Shown here in pieces: positions 54,827 through 64,000 of a stretch of 64,000 nucleotides of DNA. The translations under genes and the position numbers were made by a program. The DNA is from Welwitschia mirabilis (lineage: Eukaryota). Within the stretch, counting starts at the first letter, position 1. Every line of letters starts with the position of its first letter. The notes beneath the pieces were generated by a model. It had not been told where the DNA came from. It made no database searches and saw only the letters and a program-made list of their open reading frames with translations. The stretch spans positions 15,903,427 through 15,967,426 of the forward strand of contig JBOZIK010000001.1 of assembly GCA_051453625.1 (NCBI GenBank). The letters run 5' to 3'.

Positions 54827-55245
54827 TGTAATGTTCCAAAATCATTAATTGAATAATGATGTATGTTAAGCACTAATAAAGTGTGGTTAATAAGAGATGT
54901 GAACAGGTGTAATCCAAATATGTAAAGATGTGTTCGTTCATTATGTAATATAAGCCTATGGCATTAGATGGGAGTGGATAGACTAGGTGGATGTAACCAA
55001 TAACAATGTTGGCTAATCCTCAAGGGTTCCAAAAGGGGGACTAAGGCCATAGTCCATGTATTTACCTATAACCATTAGTATAAGACTATTTTCTAATGAT
55101 GTGGAATGTAAAATTCTGCTATTAATAATAAAAGGCTGCTTCTTTTTAAATTTTTCCTTGTTATTTCTATGAATCCTAGTATATTATTTTAAATATTCTC
55201 TTTTTTTTTGAAAGTAATCCAAAAATAGTAAAATGGAACATTACA
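54827..55245 (+). repeat. 5' LTR (419 bp) with 12-bp perfect terminal inverted repeats
   Basis: TGTAATGTTCCA ... TGGAACATTACA. Confidence 0.93.
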
Positions 55246-55247
55246 TT

Positions 55248-55260
55248 TGGTATCAGAGCC
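55248..55260 (+). promoter_or_regulatory. Primer binding site (tRNA-iMet)
   Basis: TGGTATCAGAGCC, 2 nt after the LTR. Confidence 0.95.
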
Positions 55261-55399
55261 AATAACAAGTGGTAAATCACTACTTAAGGAAAACAAGAAA
55301 GAAACTTAGTTTATAAATTAAATAGCTAAAGGCCAAAGAGTACATCAAAGGATAGGAATATAATGATCAAAAAAAGCAAGGTGCCAACAAAAATAGGGT

Positions 55400-56609
55400 T
55401 TATAATACCTTGATAAAGAAAATTAAAACATCACTACTAAGGAGGAAGAAGAGCCTCCATAGAGAAGTTAACAAGGTTGTGATCCTTCATGCTTAGGATG
55501 GTAGGCTTCATGTCATTGGATCTACTTTCATCCCCATAGGCTATGTTGGAACTGCCACAATACTAATTTTAATTAAAGAAGAAGCTTCTATAGATTATGC
55601 TCTACTAATAGGATATGGCTACTTATAGAGCTTCATATGAAGCTCAATATAAGCAATCAAAGTCCCCAGTATATGTTCTTTAGAGATCTTCCCATCATAA
55701 TATAATACATTGATGTTATCAATAGTAATGGCTAAATAATCCACATAGGCCTAAATCATCCTCTCACTCTTTGTTAGCTGAGTAGACAAGGCAGTTTGAC
55801 TTTCTTCTATTGCAGTCATACATGAAGCATCTACCTATGATTTCTTCTCTGAATAATGCATGTTATACCTCATTCGCTAACATCTAGAGGAAATCACTCA
55901 TGGACTTCCACTCATTGATCCCATGATGAGCCATTCAGTAAAATGACTCCATCATATCAATCATGTTATAGAAATCTTGGAGTGGAGAAGGCTATTCACA
56001 CTGTGAAGAATAATGAAGGGTGAAATAATCAGAATGAATGTATTGAAAGTTCCATGGTACATTTGTTTCCTTAGATTGATGATGGATGTAGACATCATCT
56101 AGTCTTAAATGATGTGTAACCTATGCATGCAAAGGACTGAAAAGGGACAGTTAATCCCCTATCTAATCCATCAAGTCCTTGACCTTAAGGTACAAGGTAT
56201 TTACCATTAATAGAAGCTGATTGATATGATAAGATACTTAACATTGTTCATTTATAATGAAATATGGAGCTATAGGAAAGTGGTGAGAAAGCTTTAAAGA
56301 AGAGTAAGCAATAGGAGGACTCTGACTTAGAGGGTAAAAATAGAGGGTTGGAAGAGGACATATCCCCTTGATCCATTAAGGTATCAAAATCATTAAGTAC
56401 CTCTTCTCCTTGAGATTTGAAAGAGAACAATAAATCCATGAAGAGGCCATTAGAAGGGGCAGAAGGAAAACTTTCACTTACAATGATGCACTCCTTCCTT
56501 AACTACCGATAAGAGAGCTTCTCTAAAGGCTATGGGATAAAATCCATATTCTTCTTGACCAAAGTCTCTGCATAAGAAACCTAAAATAAAATGAGCAAAT
56601 ACCTATGGT

Positions 56610-56647
<38 letters not shown>

Positions 56648-56747
56648 NNNNNNNNNNNNNNNNNNNNNNNNNNNNNNNNNNNNNNNNNNNNNNNNNNNNN
56701 NNNNNNNNNNNNNNNNNNNNNNNNNNNNNNNNNNNNNNNNNNNNNNN

Positions 56748-56819
<72 letters not shown>

Positions 56820-57729
56820 AAAAAAGAGATGGTAGTGGATGATACCCCATGGAGTTAGTGTTGCTTAGAAATACTAAGGAGTACATCCTCTTCATATTTT
56901 AGGTCTACATGCATAGGGCAATTTACTAGAGCTTTTTCATGTTTCTAGTAGAAAGAGTCATAAGATCCCAAAGCCTTACTCATCTACAAACAATAAATAA
57001 TAAAAACTAGAGTTATTAGAAATATAGTTAATAATAAGATTCCTTAGCAAAACTCATACCTTAGATGGAATAGAGAAATTACTCTGAGATCTCTCTCCAG
57101 GGTTATATCTCTTAAAGCCTTTATCCTCCATAGATGAGGAAGAATGAGGATGTAATAAAGATTAAGAAGCAATCTCATGAGGAGCTAAAACATAAGAGGA
57201 ATCTACAGAAATAGCCATAAATGATTATAGAACCTCTAAATCCCTAAAAGAAAAAATATAAACTAGTAAAATATGATCACAAAAACACTTCCCCTTTCCC
57301 TATTTTTCTTTAAGTGGGTTAATTAAAAAAGAGTGGAAGAACAAACAACTAAGGCCAAATCAAAAGAAACTCCACTAGTGAAAAAAGTGAATAAGTAAAT
57401 TATGTAGGTGGGAATCTCACTCACCCAATCATGAAGAAAGGCCCTACTAGCAATCAGCTTTCTAAAAGCTACAAAATATGAAGTGGTAAAATTGATAGTA
57501 GAGATCATATGGCGATAGGTATCCACCTCCTGCATACACATAAAATCATCCAAGAAATTGGCCAAGACGTAATGGATATTCTCATCTAAATAAGAGACTT
57601 TAAGAGTAACATGATTACCTTCACTTATTTTAATGATCAACTAGATGCTCTCCTCTAAAATTTGAATTGGACCATGGTGAGTATAGATAATGATATAAGT
57701 ATGTGTATCAAAGGAAGAATATAGGGAAT
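55400..57729 (-). pseudogene. Decayed spliced antisense accessory gene of unknown function inside the chromovirus
   Basis: Long minus-strand reading frames (including ORFs 57323-57640 and 56248-56439) broken mostly by single stops consistent with C>T changes. A candidate intron 57059-56581 (AAG|GTATGA...TTTATTTTAG|G) joins two frames in phase 0. Confidence 0.6.
56610..56816. repeat. (GA)n microsatellite spanning an N gap
   Basis: Read directly from the sequence. Confidence 0.95.
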
Positions 57730-58308
57730 CTAGGATGAAAATAATTATAAGATGATAAAAATAGAAATATGAAAAGCCACAGAGATTTAAGAAATTAGAG
57801 GAGAAGACCTAAGAGAATCCTTACTCTAAAGGGTGTTATTGTATTTTCAACTTTATAGACCTAACATTGGAAGAATTCTAAGAAATGGTTGGAAAATGTT
57901 TGGAAGACATACCTTAACCAAAAGAAGAAGTACATCTACAAATATTAAAGGGAATTCATATTTATAGGTAAAAAAAAGTTATGAAGGGCCTACACAAAAA
58001 ATAAAAAAGGAAAAAAATATTAAAATAAAAGCAAAGGAGAAAATAAAAATATCAAAAAAAGAGATAATGGAAGAATAAATAAAAAATTACTAATTTAATT
58101 ATGGAGGCATGTGATAAAAAGAAGTAAAAAATGACAAGACCATGGATCTATTTATAGCAGTGTAACAGGGTTTAACCTAATTATAAAATAATAATTTAAC
58201 CTAATCCTAAAATAATAATTAACTATAGTTAATGATATCTCAGTTAAATGGAAACAACTCCAGTTAACTACAAAAAAACCAAGGCCCTAAAATATAGTGA
58301 ACTAAAGG

Positions 58309-59075
58309 CCAATGTCACAGTCTTAAATGGTCAAGATTGCACTGTAGAGGTCAACATCGCACTTCCAAATGGCCGATGTCATACTTCATAGGCCAACATT
58401 ACACTCTTAGATGACTAGTGTTTCACTTCAAAGACTGAACCAAAGGACCAATGTCACACTTCCAAAAGGCTGACGTTACACTTTGAAGGTCAGTTTTACA
58501 CTTTAAAGGCCCACATCTCACTTGGTCTCACCAAACTTGATGTTGTAATTTGAAGTCCCTCAAAGCCTGATGTCATACTTGGGTGCTTAACATTACATTT
58601 GGATGCCCAACATTGCACTTTTCCTTTATAGGTCTAGATTTTACTATTTTTCCACAAAAATTACTTGCTCTACTCACTTGCCCTAGGAATCCTAATGTCG
58701 CGCTTAGGTTGCCAACGTTGCACTTGAGTGGTTGACATCGCACTTGAGTGCCTGACATTGCATTTGCCCCGCATAGGCCCAAAACCTTTTGTCATATATT
58801 AGAAATCACACATTCTTTCACTGACACAAAGGATCTAATGTTGCACTTGGATGGTCAATGTTAAATTAGAGTGGCCCATGTCACACTTGGATGGCTGATG
58901 TTATACTTTGGTGCTTGATATCAGACTTGTTATCTGTAACCCTAAAATCTTTTATTGCCTCTTATAAATCACCTATTTTGTTCACTAGAATAAGGGTCTG
59001 ATGTTACACTTGATGGTTTGATGTCATACTTAGTGACCCGATGTCGTACTTGAGTCCTTGACACCATCCTTGGAC
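58309..59075 (+). repeat. Degenerate tandem array, about 20-22 bp period, inferred core CCGACGTCGCGCTT
   Basis: Roughly two dozen variants such as CCAATGTCACACTT, CTGACGTTACACTT, CTAATGTCGCGCTT, CCAACGTTGCACTT and CCGATGTCGTACTT. Confidence 0.85.
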
Positions 59076-59499
59076 GCTTGGTAACACGTGAATTCCCTTT
59101 GACAATTGTTAGCCATGTTAGTAAGTTTGCTATGGTAACTGCTAAAACCTATTTTCTCTAACCATTTTCTTAACTACTAGGTGGTTATAGATTCCCAAAT
59201 ACCACCAACAACACTATAAAAAGGTAGCATCACTAGAGGTAAAAGGGGAGGGAGAGCAAGAGAATACTTTCACAATAAGGCAGAGATGTATAAGTTGAAA
59301 AAGGCAGTGAACCCACTAGTATATCATGGAACACAAGATCAATGGATGAATTATGCATTAGAAGGCCAAATTAATAATATCCACTCCTAAAATTAACAGT
59401 TAGCTAATATGATCAATAGCTTTCTTTCTCACATAGAAGAAAGACCTATAGAATGCAACCTAAGGGCATCTCAAGAACTGCCATCCACATCAGGACAAC

Positions 59500-62400
59500 A
59501 TACTCCTACAACTAATATTAACCTCTAAAACATTCAAATGAGGTTATTAAACATGGAGGCGAATCTTCAAGATTTTTTGATAAATAAAGCCAATCATTCT
59601 AACATTGAACAACATGAAGAAGAGGAACTTATAAGAATGAAATTTTGAAAGACCTATGAAGGCAAGCCTAAAATAAGTGAGGAACCCATATCTTGGATCT
59701 AGTAATTAAATAAGTATTTCAAACTTTAAACTATACCTCTAGAAAGGTGGTGCATATATGTTATTGCATTTATTATAGGAAATGCACAACAATGATGCTC
59801 TAGATATCAACAGAAACACCTGCATAGGATATCATGGATTACTTTCATTAAAGAATTTAAAAGAAAATTCATTCTAGAAGATTTTATTGAAGATTAAATG
59901 GTGGAATTTCAATGTATACACTTGGGTAAATGATTATTTGATGAACATTGGTTAGAATTCTAATGTCTTAAGAACTATCAAAAGAAGTTTTTAGAAAAGT
60001 AACTAATTAATAGTTTTATTGGGACTTTTTCATCCAAACTTTAAAGCGTTCTATGCACTTTGAAAATCGAGTCCATAGAAGATTCCTAATGAAAAACAAG
60101 GTACTATCTCTAAGGACAAAAGAATAGATGAATGAACTAATCATACCAAGGAGATTGGCATCCTCCTTCAATCACAGCACTAACAAGGAAGCCATATAGA
60201 ACAAATTGTACCTATTATAAGTACCATAAGAGGGAACATATTACCAGGAATTATATTTCCAAAGCATAACCATCAAATGTTCCCTAGCACAATTAGCCTC
60301 AAACTCTTTAGAATCAGTCCATGCCATCCAAAAGGATTTATGTTGCCATTCAAACATGTGCTTACAATCAATACTTCATCTTAGAACTATGTCATCATAT
60401 TTCAACATGTTATTGTTTAATTTCTAATTGATATTAGTGCATCACATAATTTCATTTTACCATCTTTATTTTACAAATTAAATATCACTTCTTTTAAAGA
60501 ATAAAAGTCCACCATAGGAGTTACAGGAGATAGTGTTCTTACATAAGATGGAACTATTGCTCTTATTACTTTTACCATTTATAACTTATAGTCTAGGGAT
60601 AAGTTTTATATCTTATAAATTCAAGAAAATCATACCATTTTAGGAAATCATTTCTTAATTAGATATAATGTTTATATTAACTTTCATCAAAGAACCTTAT
60701 GGCTATCTCATTTATTTGAACAACAAAATTTTAAAAGGGAGTAGAGGAGTAAAAAATAACTTTTTAACCTCATCCAAATAAATTACAAAAGTTATCAAAA
60801 GGAAATAGATGTTCATTACTTTAGTACAAGAAAAAGATCATAAAAAAGGTCCTTTTGTACTAGAAGAACTAAATGAATTTTCAAATGTATTTGAAGATCC
60901 ACAAATGCTACTACTCAAGAGAAAATTACAGCACGCAATTAATTTAATCCCTCGAGCACAGGTAATAGCTAAAGCATCTTATTGTTTCTCAAAAATAGAA
61001 CTAAGAGAACTAAAGTTATAGATCAAATAGCTATTATTGGAAGGAAAGATGCATCTTAGTATGTCACCATGGGTGAAACTAGTATTATTTATTAAGAAAA
61101 AGGATGATAACTTATCACTCTACATGGACTATAGATAATTCAACAAAGTAACCATCAAGAATAGATACATACTATCATGGATCAATGACCTATTAGATTA
61201 ATTGTAGGAAACCAAGTACTCTTCAAAGATCATTAAAAATCTAGATACCATCAGATCTGTATCAAGGATAAGGACATCTATATAACTTCTTTCAAAATAA
61301 GATATAAACATTAAAAATTTGTAGTAATGCCTTTTTATTTGACAAATGTCATAGCCACTTTTATGAATTTAATGAATGATGTTTTTTGGACATACTTGAA
61401 TAAATTTATGGTTTTATTTTTAGATGATTTCCTAATATATTCTAAAAGTTAGAATGATCATGTTACACATTTGAATAAAGTTCTATAGGTTTTTCCCAGT
61501 TCTATAGATTTTTTCCAAGATAAATTCAAGAAAAAATTAAGTAAATGTGAATTTTATTATACATAAATCAATTATCTGGAGCATATCATCTCCAATAAAG
61601 AAAGTATAACACATTAAGCTAAAGTACAAGTAGTAAGAAAATGGCTAAAATTAAAGGATGCCAGTCAAGTACGAAGTTTCTGAAAATTGGCTAGCTTCTA
61701 CCAGAAATTTGTTCTAGGATTTTCTCAACTTGTAGTACCATTAACAGATTTTACTAAAGTGAGAAATACATTCTACTTCGATGATAAATGCAAGGAGGCA
61801 TTTCTTATATTCAATTTACTACTTATAACAACACTAGTCCTTAAGATTATAGATGTAAACAAATCATTTATAGTCACCACAAATGCATTTACTTAAGGAA
61901 TTGGAGCCATACTTAGCTAAGATGATCAGGTAATTGCATATGAATCATGGAAACTAAACCATCATGAGAAGAACTATTACATACATGACTTGGAATTATT
62001 ATCCATACTTCATGCCTTAAAGATTTGGAGGTATTATCTTATGGAAAGTGAATTCCTTTTCAAAACAGATCATAAAATCTTGGAATCTTTTCAGAAACAA
62101 CCCCTTTTAAATATGCGATAGAGGAAATGGGGTGAGTTAATTAAAAAATGTAACTTCAAGTTACAATACATGCTTGTAAAATAAAACAAAGTGATAGATG
62201 TCTTGACTACAATGTGATGTATATTAGCTACCACTATCACATCTGACTTGTCCACCTTCATTAAAACTTCCTTGATTGATGATTCATACTTCAAGGACAT
62301 ATATCAATAAGTTCAAAAAGGAAAAGAAGTAGATACATATATAATCTTATGAGATGGATTCCTTCTGAAAAGAAGATAATTATGCATTCCATAAGATCCA

Positions 62401-63650
62401 TAGAGAAGGACGCTAAAGTCTAAACTGCATAAAGTTTCATATGCAAGACATTTGGAATTTGTCAAAAAATACCATCAATTATAGAAATACTAATTTTGAC
62501 TCAATATGAAAGTAGATTTAAAAGAATACATTTGCAACTATCCTATATGCTAGTAGATGAAAATTAACCAAGGAAGACCCACTAGACATCTTCAGCTATT
62601 AGGAATACCATAATGGAAATGGAAAGAGATATTCATCACTAGGTTACCTTTCACTAATAAACATTATGATGTAATTTTTAATTATGTAAATAGCTTAATT
62701 AAGATAGCCCATTTTATCCTACTCTGAATTACTAATATAGTAGAAGAGGTAGATCTTCATTTTATATAGAAGGTCTTTAGATTATATGAAGCACCTCAAG
62801 TTGTAGTATCTAATTAAGACCTAAAGTTATTATCTAAATTTTAGCAAAGCTTCTTTCACCACTTGGGTATCAAACTCAATTTTAGTATTGCTAGATGACC
62901 AAATAGAAAGAATAAATCATATATTGAAAGAAACTCTAAGATGTTATGTGGCAGGAAGGCTCAAACAATAGAAAAACTACCTACATCTAGTAAAATTTGC
63001 TTATAACTAGATATTTCAAACTTCCATCCATTATTCACCATTAGAGACAATATATGATAGAAACTATTCTACCCCTGTCACATGATTAGATCCTTCATAG
63101 AGATTAGAAAATACAACGCCTTCAAAATTAAATATAATGGAGGAAGCAATCAATAAAATAAAATACACCTATAGGTGACACAAGATCAATATAAGAAATA
63201 TTATGATTAAAAGCACTAGACCTGCATATTTTAGATAGTTAAATAAGTTTTATTAAGAATTAAGCCAAAAAGAAACTCCTTGAAAATCAAAAAGTATAGG
63301 ATATTAGTACCACAGTTCAACAATCCATTTAAAATTATTGAAAAGATTGTGAATCTAGTTTACAAACTAGAGCTTTCTCTCCAAATGTCCCAAATACATC
63401 CAGTTTTTCATGTGAGCATAATGAAACCATACTATAAAGATTAAAACTAGGACTAAACCTTGAACTAGCAATATATCATGCTCAAACCCAATTTGACTTT
63501 TATTATTCAATTAGAAAAAGTCATAAGTACTAGACCTAGGCAACTAAGAAATAAAATTATAAAAGAAGAACTTATTTAATGGACTCATTATAATCAACAA
63601 ATAGGGTAAAATAGGGAGTACATATAAAAGACCTTTTCTAGAATTTTTAA
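59500..63650 (+). pseudogene. Chromovirus gag-PR-RT-RNaseH-INT-chromodomain relic
   Basis: LIDISASHNFI at 60424; FLDD at 61417; RNase H HEKNYYIHDLELL near 61960; PFKIIEK...IHPVFHVS at about 63325-63417; chromodomain-like EKVISTRPRQLRNKIIKEELI*W near 63510-63582. Confidence 0.92.
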
Positions 63651-63836
63651 TAAAGTTTGATATACCATTTTTAGGTTGTATTATTAATGTATATATTAAT
63701 TAAATGATGTATTCTCTTTTGTGTTATGTATTATAGCTTATACCAAAAATAACTCAAAGTTGCATGACTTTAATAATGATGCAAATAGAAGAGAGAATGT
63801 ACTCAAGAATAAGCAAGATTATTAATAGGAAGGGAA

Positions 63837-64000
63837 TGTAATGTTCTAAAACCATTAATTGAATAATGATGTGTTTTAAATGCTAATGATGCATAATTAA
63901 CAAGAGATGCAAATGGGTGTGAATTAAATATGTAAAGATATATTTCTTCATTATATAGTATAAGCCTATAGTATTAGGTAAAAGTGGATAGATGAGGTGG
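63837..64000 (+). repeat. 3' LTR (partial, runs off the window)
   Basis: TGTAATGTTC... after the PPT; colinear with 54827-54990. Confidence 0.92.

Larger units (their letters stand above)
54827..64000 (+). mobile_element. Ty3/gypsy chromovirus (Tekay-like pol) with short LTRs and a 4-kb pre-gag region
   Basis: 5' LTR 54827-55245, perfect Met PBS at 55248-55260, gag-pol-chromodomain relic, PPT AGGAAGGGAA at 63827-63836, 3' LTR from 63837. Confidence 0.92.

Noticed and set aside
58309-59075. CRISPR-like appearance of the repeat array
   Set aside because: Eukaryotic retrotransposon context, degenerate 14-bp cores with 6-8 bp linkers, and no cas genes.

Overview
AT-rich, strongly CpG/CHG-depleted plant nuclear DNA from a draft scaffold with many N gaps. 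A large-genome seed plant such as a gnetophyte or other gymnosperm is plausible but unproven. One intact host gene, an intronless BIG GRAIN 1-like ORF (30019-30711), sits in a CpG-retaining island among decayed transposons. From left to right these are: a pol-less Athila-like element; a SIRE-type Ty1/copia whose 5' LTR is split by a multi-LTR Athila insertion (TSD GTTAT); CRM-like Ty3 and L1 relics; a pol-less gag + env-like SIRE with both LTRs and a TSD; a possible hAT relic; and a chromovirus with short LTRs (419 bp). The chromovirus is the most unusual object. Between its PBS and gag lie about 4 kb that carry a decayed, apparently spliced antisense gene, separated from gag-pol by a tandem CCGACGTCGCGCTT-derived array flanked by two divergent TATA boxes. 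Coordinates of decayed coding regions are approximate and were read by eye; no alignments or database searches were run.
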